Shown here piece after piece: positions 15,927 to 25,218 of a stretch of DNA of 64,000 nt (within the stretch, counting starts at the first letter, position 1; each line of letters starts with the position of its first letter). The DNA lies in the NCBI GenBank assembly GCA_965209055.1, contig OZ242374.1, positions 416,001 to 480,000 on the forward strand, given 5' to 3'. The notes under the pieces are model-generated. The model saw only the letters and a program-made list of their open reading frames with translations, searched no databases and was not told the DNA's origin. The position numbers and the translations under genes are program-made. This DNA comes from Acidobacteriota bacterium. Its GTDB lineage: Bacteria; Acidobacteriota; UBA6911; RPQK01; JAJDTT01.

Positions 15927-18900
15927 TCAAAAATTGAGGCGGAGGGAGAATTGGAATTGCCTCGGAGGAAATGCCGAGGTGTATGAGAACGGCTCCGTCA
16001 CCGGTCCCCGGCGCCCCTTGTACGACGACGGAAGTTCCTCCAGCGTGACGTTTCCGACGGTGCCGTTGACGTTCTTGAAATTGGTGCGGTTGAGCAGGTT
16101 GAATCCTTCGGCCACCACATCCACGCTCACGTCCTCCAAGACCGGGATCCGGCGCTTCAGGCGCAGGTCGGCGCTGAAGAAGTTGGGTCCGATGCCCACG
16201 TTGCGCCCCAGGCCCCAGGGCCGGTGCGTGTCGTTGTGCCGGTCCCCCACGTTGTCGTAGCCCGTATTCAGATTGAACGGGGCGAATGAGCGTGCGGTGA
16301 CAATCCCCGAGATGGTGAGGTCTCCGAGCAGGTTGTCCAGGAAGCCCTTTCCCCGGCCGGCCTTCCAGGGAAGCTGAGCCATGGAGCGGACGACGAACCG
16401 GTGACCGCGGTGGTAGGCCGAGAGGGCCATCTCGGCCGCCGCGTCCCATTGCAGGTGCGGCTGGAACGACGTGTTGTAATCGGTGATCTCGTCCATCGCC
16501 TTGCTCCAGGTGTGATGAGCCGAGATCTGGAACCCTTCCGAGAAGCGCTTCTCCAGTTGCAGGATCAGGGCGTGGTAGAAGGAATTGGACCAGCTTCCGT
16601 AAATGTTGTCCTGCAGGACATTTGGATTGCGAAAACCGATGATGGGGCGTCCCAGGGCGTTGGTCCCGGCCTGGTAAGGGTTGACGTCGAGCGGACGGAT
16701 GATGTGGACGCCCCGGTTGAAGTTGTATCCGGCCGAAAGGGCGAATCCGGCCGCCTCCCTCTGGATCTCCAAGCTCGCCTGTTGGGCGTAGGGATTCACG
16801 ATGTCGTCCGCGATCCGGAACCGCACGTGGAAGGGCAGACCGGGCTCAGGTACGAATCCATGGACGGCCAGGTCCTCGGCCGTGACCGGCCGCTTGCCCA
16901 GGACGCCGCGGTTCAAGAGTGTATGGTAGATCTCCGCCGAGTTGAGAAGATCTCCGGTCAGTGCGCTGTTGACTCCCGGGACGCCGTTCAGGGGAATGAA
17001 GACCTGAATGATCTGCTGGGCCTCCTCTCCCAGCAGGTCGTCGATGAACGTGATGTGGCCGTCGATCCGGGCATGGAAGATCCCGTACCCGCCCCGGATG
17101 ACGGTCTTGGCGTCGGGACTCCAGGCGAATCCCACGCGGGGACCGAAGTTGTCGTTGTCCCGGGGGAATTCCGCCTTGCGAAAGAGTTCGTAGCGCAGCC
17201 CGAGGGTGAGCAGGAAGTTTTGGTGAATGCGCCACGAGTCCTCGACGAAGAAGCCGAAATTGTGAGCCCAACCGGTGTAGAAGGGGTCGCCGAAACCCTG
17301 CTGGTAGACCAGGGGCAGGCCGAGCGCATAGGCCTGCAGTGAGGAGATGGGGGCATCGATCGCTGCGGCCATTTGGGCTTGGCCGGCCGAGTGGAACAGG
17401 TCCTTGAGCAATGGGGAGACGGTGTACCCGGCTCCCTCGTCGATCAGAACCCAGAGCGGAATGGCCTCTCCGAAGATGAACTTCCCGCTGAAGAAGGTCT
17501 CGGACCGCGCCCGGTCGTAGTATGGATTGTAGTCGGCGCCGAACTTGACCGAATGCCGTCCGGAGACGTAGGTGAAGTTCTGCCGGGCCTGCCCCGTCCG
17601 CTCCACGTTTCGCGTCGGCAGGATGACGTCCCGTCCGAAGTAGCCGAATCCCTCGATGTCGATGGAGGGACCGTGAGGGTCGGTGGGATAGACGCCGAAG
17701 TCGTGATATCCGATCCCCAGCCAGGTCTCGCTGATCCACTCCGGGCTGATCACCGAGGCGTTCCCGACTGCGAGCGAGAAGTCGTTCAGGTCGTTGTTGC
17801 GGCCCCGGTTGCGGGCGATCAGCGAACCGAAGCTGGTGTTCTGGCTGTTCAGTCCCGTCCAGTTTCCCCGCAGGAAGAGCTTGTGCGCCGACCCGATGGC
17901 GTGGTCGACGCGGGCAATGACTTGCTGCCGCTCTTCCGAGAAGGGGAAGGCCCCGCTGTTGCTTTCGAACATCTCGACCACGTGGGGATAGTTCCCGGGA
18001 ACCAGTGCCTCCGCAAGGTAGCCGACCAACGGAGCCAGAGGCGCGAATTCGGGTGGAGCCGAGTCGCTGCTGATCCCATCGGCCAGAGCCTGCTGCGAGG
18101 GTGTCAGGTCGTAGAGAAACGACTTGTCACGGAGCAACGGAACGAACGACGACTCGTGCCGGTCGAGGCGTTCGTAGGCGGTGTAGAAAAACGTCGTGCC
18201 GCGGATGATGGGACCGCCGAACGATCCTCCGCTCTGGGCCCGGGTGTAGGCCGACTCGGCCGGATCGAAGTGGTTGCGGGCCTGGAACCGGCGGTTGCGG
18301 AGCACTCCGAAGACCGATCCCCGGAAATCGTTGGTGCCACCCTTGGTGACGATGTTGATGGCTCCGCCCGGCGCTCCGCCCAATTCCGAGGAAAACGAGT
18401 TGCGGTTGACCTGAAACTCCTGCACCGCGTCCTGGCTGATGGAGGAACGGACGCTGCCGGTGGAGTAGTTGTTGTTCAGTCCGTCGATGGTGAAGGTGTT
18501 GCCCCGGCCGGTCCCCCCTGCGATGCCGAGTCCGGACGCCGGCGTCGGAGCGATTCGGAAGTCGCGGTCGTCCGCCACGTAGTTCGAGTCCACCACGCCG
18601 GGGGTCAGGAGCGCCAGGTCCAGGTAGTCGCGTCGGTTGATGGGAAGGTCCTCGATGCTGGTGGAGTCGATGTGGTGGGACTGCTGGGTCCTGTCGCGGG
18701 CCACGGCGATTCGCGCCGCTTCCGCCGTAATGACGATTTCTTCGGCGGCCACCACGATTTCCGGAGAGAATGACTGGGTCTCTCCCACCAGCACTTCCAT
18801 GTCCTGGACCACGTAGGGGGCAAACCCCGGCAACTCGAATCGCAGCGAGTAGAGTCCCGGATCCACCCGGCTCAGGACGTACTCTCCCACGTCCGAAGTG

Positions 18901-19124
18901 AGGGTCTCCCGGATCACGCCCCGGCCCTGGTAGGTGGCGGTGACGGTGACGCCGGGGAGGACGGCCCGGGTCTTGTCGTAGACGTAACCGCGGATGGTCC
19001 CGGTGTCGGTCTGGGCGGGGAGCAGGACGGTGCCGGCCAGCAAAAGCAGGGCCATGGTCCCGGTTCGGCGAACAGGGCGCCCGCAGTTACGAAGCAAGGC
19101 ACGGAAAAGGCTCTTATTCGACAT
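15927..19124 (-). CDS. TonB-dependent receptor, Oar-like with carboxypeptidase-regulatory-like N-domain
   Basis: GTIRGYVYD..AVLPGVTVT, LPINRRDYLDLALLTPGV, AVQEFQV, GGAINIVTKGGTN, LTLGLRYE, terminal RQFQFSLRLNF. Confidence 0.92.
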   Translation of the reverse strand: MSNKSLFRALLRNCGRPVRRTGTMALLLLAGTVLLPAQTDTGTIRGYVYDKTRAVLPGVTVTATYQGRGVIRETLTSDVGEYVLSRVDPGLYSLRFELPGFAPYVVQDMEVLVGETQSFSPEIVVAAEEIVITAEAARIAVARDRTQQSHHIDSTSIEDLPINRRDYLDLALLTPGVVDSNYVADDRDFRIAPTPASGLGIAGGTGRGNTFTIDGLNNNYSTGSVRSSISQDAVQEFQVNRNSFSSELGGAPGGAINIVTKGGTNDFRGSVFGVLRNRRFQARNHFDPAESAYTRAQSGGSFGGPIIRGTTFFYTAYERLDRHESSFVPLLRDKSFLYDLTPSQQALADGISSDSAPPEFAPLAPLVGYLAEALVPGNYPHVVEMFESNSGAFPFSEERQQVIARVDHAIGSAHKLFLRGNWTGLNSQNTSFGSLIARNRGRNNDLNDFSLAVGNASVISPEWISETWLGIGYHDFGVYPTDPHGPSIDIEGFGYFGRDVILPTRNVERTGQARQNFTYVSGRHSVKFGADYNPYYDRARSETFFSGKFIFGEAIPLWVLIDEGAGYTVSPLLKDLFHSAGQAQMAAAIDAPISSLQAYALGLPLVYQQGFGDPFYTGWAHNFGFFVEDSWRIHQNFLLTLGLRYELFRKAEFPRDNDNFGPRVGFAWSPDAKTVIRGGYGIFHARIDGHITFIDDLLGEEAQQIIQVFIPLNGVPGVNSALTGDLLNSAEIYHTLLNRGVLGKRPVTAEDLAVHGFVPEPGLPFHVRFRIADDIVNPYAQQASLEIQREAAGFALSAGYNFNRGVHIIRPLDVNPYQAGTNALGRPIIGFRNPNVLQDNIYGSWSNSFYHALILQLEKRFSEGFQISAHHTWSKAMDEITDYNTSFQPHLQWDAAAEMALSAYHRGHRFVVRSMAQLPWKAGRGKGFLDNLLGDLTISGIVTARSFAPFNLNTGYDNVGDRHNDTHRPWGLGRNVGIGPNFFSADLRLKRRIPVLEDVSVDVVAEGFNLLNRTNFKNVNGTVGNVTLEELPSSYKGRRGPVTEPFSYTSAFPPRQFQFSLRLNF

Positions 19125-19360
19125 CACCTGATACTCCCGATCGAATCAACCACGCCATTCCGCGTAGCAGGGCGAAACCGGCCGAATGGATGTGGACTCT
19201 GATGGTACGGGGAACCGGGCGGAAATCCCGGATCGATTCGTCCCGGGTTGGCTCCGTGATGCTCATTCGTGGCGCAATGTCTTGCCAAAAAACTCAGTCT
19301 TACAGAATCGAACCCTGATTTCCAGACCTCCGGGAGGGGGGTTGGCGAGGCGCCTGGACG

Positions 19361-19415
19361 GGGGACTGTCTCGTCCCCCAAAACCCCGGAACCGGGGATT
19401 GGAAACCCCCGCTCC
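19361..19415. repeat. Composite BIME-like unit (GGGGAC hairpin plus REP variant)
   Basis: GGGGACTGTCTCGTCCCC, then CGGGGATTGGAAACCCCCGCTCC. Confidence 0.6.
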
Positions 19416-19493
19416 GGTCCGATTTCCATCACTCACAGCCGGTGCAGGTGAAGCGCTGAGTTTCTCCCGGCTGCGTTCGCACTCCGGCCCGGC

Positions 19494-20507
19494 CTACTCG
19501 TAATACGCTACGCCGTTCCGGTAATACACGTTGCTCGTGCTTCCGTCCTTGTTGCGGATGAGCCAGTCGCCGTCCATCTCGCCGTACAGGTACTGACCCT
19601 TCCAGAGGCCGCCGTCGGCAAGCCGCCACTCCCAATCGCCGTGCATTTCGTCGTCGAAGTAGGGCCCTTCCCAGACGGTGCCGTCGGCATGGCGGACGAC
19701 CCAGTCGCCGTTCCTCATGCCGTCCACATAGGGGCCTTCCCAGACACCGCGATAGGCGTCGCGCACCACCCATCGGCCCTGCCTCGCGCCGGCCACGAAC
19801 GGGCCCTTCCAGACGGCGCCGTCGGCCCGGCGTTCGACCCAGAGGCCGTGTTTCAGCCCGGCGACGTAGGGTCCTTCCGAGACGTCCCCGTTCGCTTCGC
19901 GCACCACCCAGTCGCCCTGCCGCTTGCCGTGCAGGAGACGTCCGGTTGCTTCCACCGTTGAATTGCCGTCGTTCCAGACCCGTTTGATGGTCCCCGTTCC
20001 TTGAGCCGTGTTCCCGGAACATATTGAGGACCAAGTGATGCTCTCTCCGGATTGCAGGTCGGAATTCCAGACGTGGCATCCCGGCTGTTGGTCCAACTCC
20101 ATCCAGCACCCGGCTCCCTTGGGCCGGTCCACGCAGGAATTCTGCGCCGGCAGGCTGGCTTCGATATCGAGCGACAATTCCAGCGCCTCCCGGTAGAACG
20201 GGTCGTCCCTCGCGGCCATCCTCAGATACCGGTTCACGGAGTCCATGGCGATCTGGAACGAGCCGGCCGAGAAGGCCACCTCCGCAACCTTGAAGTCGTA
20301 GTCCTCGGGCAACTCGAGATCGTGATCCATCTTCAGATCGAGGGCCTTCTGCATCGCTTCGAGCGCCCGTACCGGGTCTCCTTGGGCCAGCAGCCGCTCC
20401 GCGTGCAACAGATGGCGGTCCACCATCACTTCCGGTGGAAGTTGGGCCGCCGCGACAGCAGCGCCGAAAAGGACGGAGATAACGACATTGGGGGCGAGTC
20501 TCGGCAT
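19494..20507 (-). CDS. Secreted protein with helical (TPR-like) N-domain and MORN-like 23-aa repeats
   Basis: Signal peptide. About six repeats of GPY..G.R.G.W..R.ADG.V.E at a 69 nt period. Confidence 0.8.
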   Translation of the reverse strand: MPRLAPNVVISVLFGAAVAAAQLPPEVMVDRHLLHAERLLAQGDPVRALEAMQKALDLKMDHDLELPEDYDFKVAEVAFSAGSFQIAMDSVNRYLRMAARDDPFYREALELSLDIEASLPAQNSCVDRPKGAGCWMELDQQPGCHVWNSDLQSGESITWSSICSGNTAQGTGTIKRVWNDGNSTVEATGRLLHGKRQGDWVVREANGDVSEGPYVAGLKHGLWVERRADGAVWKGPFVAGARQGRWVVRDAYRGVWEGPYVDGMRNGDWVVRHADGTVWEGPYFDDEMHGDWEWRLADGGLWKGQYLYGEMDGDWLIRNKDGSTSNVYYRNGVAYYE

Positions 20508-20809
20508 GCTGGTCCCTCCTGCGGCTCAGCTCGTGCGGGTGTCGTTGAACTGATGATCATCGTAATGAAATCGTTCAGATTTTCCAGGATCGTTTAAGGT
20601 GGGGACTCCCATGCGTTAGAATTCTCTCTCGAATGCCCGGACAACCTGGGGAAAGGATGGCGTTGACGATATGGCTATAAAGGACTGGAGCAAGACAAAG
20701 CAGGTCGTGGTCGGATTCATATCGGGCATGATCGTGACCTGGTTGGTTTTGTGGGCGCTCGATTGGCCTTAGTCCGAAATCCTTGCCAAGTCGCTGAGAA
20801 TGTTCAGCA

Positions 20810-22048
20810 ATGCACCGTAGGGAATTCCTAATGCTCTCGTCGGCAGCCGTTCCGTTCGGGTTTCCGGTGTTCGCAGGGGTCGAGGACGATCTGAAGATCA
20901 CCGGTGTGCGACTCGTCCGCATGAGGCCGAAACGGCCGGTTCCCAGCTACGAACCCGCTCCGGACGCTTGGTCCGCGACAGGCGTCGAAGTCGCCAATCC
21001 CGTCTCCATCTACCCCAAGTACAAGCCGATGCGCAGCTTGTTCATGGCGGACGGCCCCGGAATTTCGAGTTTCTGGGTCGAGATATCGACCAATAAAGGC
21101 GTGACCGGCTACGGGCCGGGAGGGCCGGCCGGCGGGGTGATCGTCCAAGACCACCTGGCGAAGCTTCTGATGGGTGAGAACCCCCTCGACATTGAACGCC
21201 TTTGGGACATCATGTGGAGATCCACCATGTACTACGGACGCAAGGGCGTGGTGGTGAACGCGATCTCCGGTGTCGACATCGCTCTCTGGGACATTGCAGG
21301 AAAGGTCTGGGACACTCCGGTCTGGCGTCTCTTGGGCGGGCGGATCCATCCCCGCATTCCATGCTACTGCACGGGAAACGACATCGAGCAGCATGTCGAG
21401 TTCGGCTACACACGCCTCAAGCTCGCACTGCCCTACGGCCCGGCGGACGGCAGGGAGGGCATCCGCAAGAACGTGGAGCTCGTCAAGCGGGCCCGCTCTG
21501 CCGTGGGCGCGGAAGGCGATGTCATGATGGATTGCTGGATGGCCCTCACGGAGCGCTACACCCTGGAACTGGCGGAAGCGTTCGAGCCGTACAACGTCTA
21601 TTGGCTTGAAGAGGCGCTGCCGCCTGACGATTTCGAGGGATTCGGCCGCCTGCGCCGCCAGATCACCTCCACGCGAATCGTCACCGGGGAGCATGTGTAC
21701 ACCCGCTATGGCTTCAGGCAACTGCTGAGAGTCGAGGGGGCCGAGATCTGGCAGCCCGACATCAATTGGTGCGGGGGGATGAGCGAGCTCGTCAAGATTG
21801 GGCATCTGGCAGCGGCCCACGACATTCCGGTGATTCCGCACGGCGGCGGCCAGCGGGATGCGGTGCATTTCATCTACGCCACGCCCAACTCGCCGTGGGC
21901 AGAAATGTTCATGCCTGCTCCAGGCGGCCCGGATGTGGTCTACCAGCGCTACGAGGAGGACAACAACCTGACGCGCGGGCCCGAAGGAATCTACACCAGA
22001 CCATCTGACGGGCCGGGATTCGGCTGGGAAGTTGAGCCGGTAGCCTGA
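20810..22048 (+). CDS. Mandelate racemase/enolase superfamily sugar-acid dehydratase (L-rhamnonate dehydratase-like), Tat signal
   Basis: RREFL, YYGRKG..AISGVDIALWD, DCWM, WLEE.L.PDD, TGEH..TR.GF, QPD..WCGG. Confidence 0.88.
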   Translation: MHRREFLMLSSAAVPFGFPVFAGVEDDLKITGVRLVRMRPKRPVPSYEPAPDAWSATGVEVANPVSIYPKYKPMRSLFMADGPGISSFWVEISTNKGVTGYGPGGPAGGVIVQDHLAKLLMGENPLDIERLWDIMWRSTMYYGRKGVVVNAISGVDIALWDIAGKVWDTPVWRLLGGRIHPRIPCYCTGNDIEQHVEFGYTRLKLALPYGPADGREGIRKNVELVKRARSAVGAEGDVMMDCWMALTERYTLELAEAFEPYNVYWLEEALPPDDFEGFGRLRRQITSTRIVTGEHVYTRYGFRQLLRVEGAEIWQPDINWCGGMSELVKIGHLAAAHDIPVIPHGGGQRDAVHFIYATPNSPWAEMFMPAPGGPDVVYQRYEEDNNLTRGPEGIYTRPSDGPGFGWEVEPVA

Positions 22049-22998
22049 CGGGCTCCGACAAGGCCGCTGGTTAGTCCCCTTTTCCTCCCGCCAATGACCA
22101 GATCGACTGCCTGCAACAAATCGGTCCTGAAGTTCCCGTTCAAGACGGCCTGCCTGCTTTCTTCGGCCCACTTCGGGAATGTCGGCATCCTTGTTGCCGA
22201 CACGAGCGCGTAAAGCGTGGCCAAGGGCCGGTCGAGGGTCTTCTCGCCGGGGTCGACGCTTCCGTAGACCTCCCGGAACCCGGTGACCGCGTCCCCCGAC
22301 AACGATCCCACGACATTCCGGAAGTCGCTGTAGCGGGTTCCGATTCCGAGCAGGTCGTAGTCGAATACGATGGCCTCCATTCCGGGACCTGACTTCCGGC
22401 TCAGGGCCAGGTTCGTCCAGTGGAAGTCGTTGTAGTTCAGGGTTGTCCCGAAACCGGCAAGGCCGAGCTTCAGAAGCTCGATGTGGTCGGCGGCGAGACG
22501 CCACGAGTCCATTCGCAGGAGATCCAGGGCGCGGCCCGCCGATTCGATGCTGGCGGGATCGAGAAGATCCTCTTCCCGTTTGAGGAACGGGGGCAGGGTT
22601 GGGCCGGATGCCGCCAGGGACGAGCCTTTCTGATGGAAGTGCCAGTACCAGCGGGCGACCGCCTCTCCCACGCTGCGTTCCCGCACGTCCGACTCGGTGG
22701 CCAAGCGCCACTTGTCGCTGCAGGTGAGGTCTTCCAGAAGGAGATCGGTCGCCGTTTTGGCAATGACCCTGATGGTGGGTACACCGAGCTGCCCGAGGAG
22801 ACTGTAGGCCTCAATTTCGTTTCCCGGACGATTGCAGGAGAACGACTTGAGAACAAACGAGCACCTGTGGGTGAGAATTCTGTAGAGACGATGGCCGGGA
22901 CGGACGGAGATCGTTTCCACGCGCCGGACCTCGCCGGCGGGGATGCCCAAGCCTTTGAGGCTGGTCCCGATCTCATTTTCGTTTCCGTGTCCGCTCAT
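21991..22998 (-). CDS. Aminoglycoside phosphotransferase/choline kinase-like protein
   Basis: VLK, LLLEDL, NYNDFHWTN (Brenner-like), IVFDYD. Overlaps the convergent enolase by 58 nt. Confidence 0.7.
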   Translation of the reverse strand: MSGHGNENEIGTSLKGLGIPAGEVRRVETISVRPGHRLYRILTHRCSFVLKSFSCNRPGNEIEAYSLLGQLGVPTIRVIAKTATDLLLEDLTCSDKWRLATESDVRERSVGEAVARWYWHFHQKGSSLAASGPTLPPFLKREEDLLDPASIESAGRALDLLRMDSWRLAADHIELLKLGLAGFGTTLNYNDFHWTNLALSRKSGPGMEAIVFDYDLLGIGTRYSDFRNVVGSLSGDAVTGFREVYGSVDPGEKTLDRPLATLYALVSATRMPTFPKWAEESRQAVLNGNFRTDLLQAVDLVIGGRKRGLTSGLVGARQATGSTSQPNPGPSDGLV

Positions 22999-23198
22999 GG
23001 TTCCGTGCGACTGCGTACTCTACCTTATTCGGGGCTTTCCGGAGCGGTCCCTGCCGTGTGCCGGCGGCACTGTTCTGATACACTTCGCGGTCGCGTGATC
23101 CTGCATGAATTATTCTTCAAGTCATTGAGTTGTAGATATTTATCCTTTGCGTCCCAGCCTCTGGAGATGTCTTCGACGAGCTTCCCCTTCAAGAACTT

Positions 23199-24317
23199 GT
23201 GACCGTCGTGCAACAAAAGGGTTTCACGTCCGCATTCAAGGCCTATGTGCTGCCCGGAATCGTATTCCAGTCGGTGATCATCGCCGGGGGGTACGGCACC
23301 GGACGGGAAATGGTGGAGTACTTCCTCAACTACGGACCCGTCGGCGGACTGGTGGGAATGCTTTTCATCAGTACCTTGATGTGGTCGGTGGTTCTGGCCG
23401 CCTCCTTCGAATTCGCAAGGGTCTACCGGGCCCATGACTATCGGACCTTCTTCCTGCAACTGCTGGGCCGTTTCTGGTACAGCTTCGAGGTCATCTACCT
23501 GATTCTGCTGTTGATCGTCCTGGCGGTGATCGGCTCCACTGCGGGAGTTTTGCTTCGCGACAATTTCGGTCTGCCCTACCTGCTCGGTGTCGCCGTCATG
23601 CTGGCTTCCGTGGGATTTCTCACCTTCAAGGGGACGAGCCTGATCGAGAAGTTTCTCTCCGGGTGGTCCTTGCTCCTCTACGGGATCTACCTGCTCTTCT
23701 TCGTCATGTGCTTCCTCCGATTCGGCGGCGAGATACGAAACAGCTTGTCCATGGGCATCGATTCCTCCGGCTGGGTCTTGGGGGCCTTCAAGTACGGCTT
23801 CTACAATCTGGGAGCGATTCCGGCGGTCCTGTTCACGACACACCACATCAAGAGCCGGAGGCAGGCCATAGGAGCGGGTCTCCTCGGCGGAGTGATCGGA
23901 ATCTTCCCCGGCCTGCTCTTCTACCTGGCTATCGTCGGCCTCTATCCGCAGGTGCTTTCGGCCGAAGTTCCGGCGGTCTACGCCCTGCGCGCGGCCCAAT
24001 TGCCCCTGCTTCTCATCGTCTTTCAGGTGGTCTTGCTGGGGACTCTGGTCGAAACCGGGACCGGAATGATCCACGCCGTCAACGAACGGTTGCGGTCGGC
24101 CCTCAGGGCGCGGGGGAGAGACCTCCCCCGCCGGGTGCGGCCACTGGTGGCCCTGGGTCTTCTCTTGCTGGGACTGGCGCTGTCGACATTCGGACTGATC
24201 CAACTGGTCGCCAAGGGCTACGGAGCGGTGAGTTGGGGATTCCTGTTCGTCTACATCGTCCCGTTGTTGACCTGGGGCTTGTACAAGATCTGGAAGAAGG
24301 GAAAGAGTCCCGCCTGA
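23199..24317 (+). CDS. YkvI-like multi-pass membrane protein (putative transporter)
   Basis: IAGGYGTGRE..E.F motif and about 10 hydrophobic segments. Confidence 0.85.
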   Translation: MTVVQQKGFTSAFKAYVLPGIVFQSVIIAGGYGTGREMVEYFLNYGPVGGLVGMLFISTLMWSVVLAASFEFARVYRAHDYRTFFLQLLGRFWYSFEVIYLILLLIVLAVIGSTAGVLLRDNFGLPYLLGVAVMLASVGFLTFKGTSLIEKFLSGWSLLLYGIYLLFFVMCFLRFGGEIRNSLSMGIDSSGWVLGAFKYGFYNLGAIPAVLFTTHHIKSRRQAIGAGLLGGVIGIFPGLLFYLAIVGLYPQVLSAEVPAVYALRAAQLPLLLIVFQVVLLGTLVETGTGMIHAVNERLRSALRARGRDLPRRVRPLVALGLLLLGLALSTFGLIQLVAKGYGAVSWGFLFVYIVPLLTWGLYKIWKKGKSPA

Positions 24318-24429
24318 CCAGCATGGCTGGAGCAGAATCGGTCGGTGCGACAACTCACACGGAAACGACCAGTTCCACCAGGTGCATTGCGCACGCGTAG
24401 GGGTTTTCCCATGAACCATGTGGGCGCGG

Positions 24430-24459
24430 TTTACAAAAGTCGCTACTAGTTGCTACTTT
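24430..24459 (+). promoter_or_regulatory. Probable leaderless TA promoter with tandem GTNGCTAC operator boxes
   Basis: TTTACA (24430), 18 nt spacer, TACTTT (24454), 7 nt before ATG 24467. GTCGCTAC (24439) and GTTGCTAC (24449) overlap the spacer and -10. Confidence 0.5.
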
Positions 24460-24466
24460 GTTCTGT

Positions 24467-24760
24467 ATGAGATCAGTAGGGATAAAAATTCTGAACAGCC
24501 GTCTGAGCGAATACATACGATTAGCCGCATCGGGGGAAACGGTTCTGGTTACAGACCGTGATCGAGTCGTCGCCGAAATCGGGCCACCAAGGCCTTCAAG
24601 AAGCCCGATGCTCGCCGACGCGCTGCTCGCAGAGGCGGTGCGTAAGGGCTGGTTGACGCCGCCGGCGCTACCAGCCGAGGGTGAGCCAACGACACCTGAA
24701 CGAGTGGCGCCACTCCGGGATATTCTCGCCGAATTGGACGAAGACCGGGGCGATCGATGA
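24467..24760 (+). CDS. Type II antitoxin, Phd/YefM family
   Basis: MRSVGIK.L..RLSEYIR....GETVLVTDRDRVVAEI. Confidence 0.88.
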   Translation: MRSVGIKILNSRLSEYIRLAASGETVLVTDRDRVVAEIGPPRPSRSPMLADALLAEAVRKGWLTPPALPAEGEPTTPERVAPLRDILAELDEDRGDR

Positions 24761-25152
24761 TCTATCTCGATACCTCCGTCGCTCTTGCCCAGCTACTTGC
24801 CGAAGATCGCCACCCCACTGCCTCGTTTTGGAGCGAGACCCTGGTGTCCAGCCGTTTGATGGAGTACGAGATTTGGACCCGGTTACACGCGCGCAGACTC
24901 GCCGATTCCCACAGTGAGGCGGCCCTCAGGCTCTTAGGACGAGTCGCTTTGATGGACCTTACTCAACCGGTACTTGCGCGAGCTCTGGATGCCTTTCCCG
25001 TGTCTTTGTCGGTACGCACTCTTGATGCCCTGCATCTTGCCTCCTGCGACTTCCTGCGTCAGCAAGGTCAATCAGTCGCACTTGCGAGCTACGATCGCCG
25101 GATGACGGAAACAGCTCGAGCCATGGAGATTCCTATCTGGCATTTGGAATAG
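24757..25152 (+). CDS. Type II toxin, PIN domain (VapC-like)
   Basis: MIYLDTS, E, RTLDALHLA, SYD acidic PIN residues. ATGA coupling to the antitoxin. Confidence 0.9.
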   Translation: MIYLDTSVALAQLLAEDRHPTASFWSETLVSSRLMEYEIWTRLHARRLADSHSEAALRLLGRVALMDLTQPVLARALDAFPVSLSVRTLDALHLASCDFLRQQGQSVALASYDRRMTETARAMEIPIWHLE

Positions 25153-25218
25153 TCCTGAACGACGCACGGAATTCCAGGGTGGACAGGCCGAAATACGCTC
25201 CCCGGCCGGTAGCGCCGG

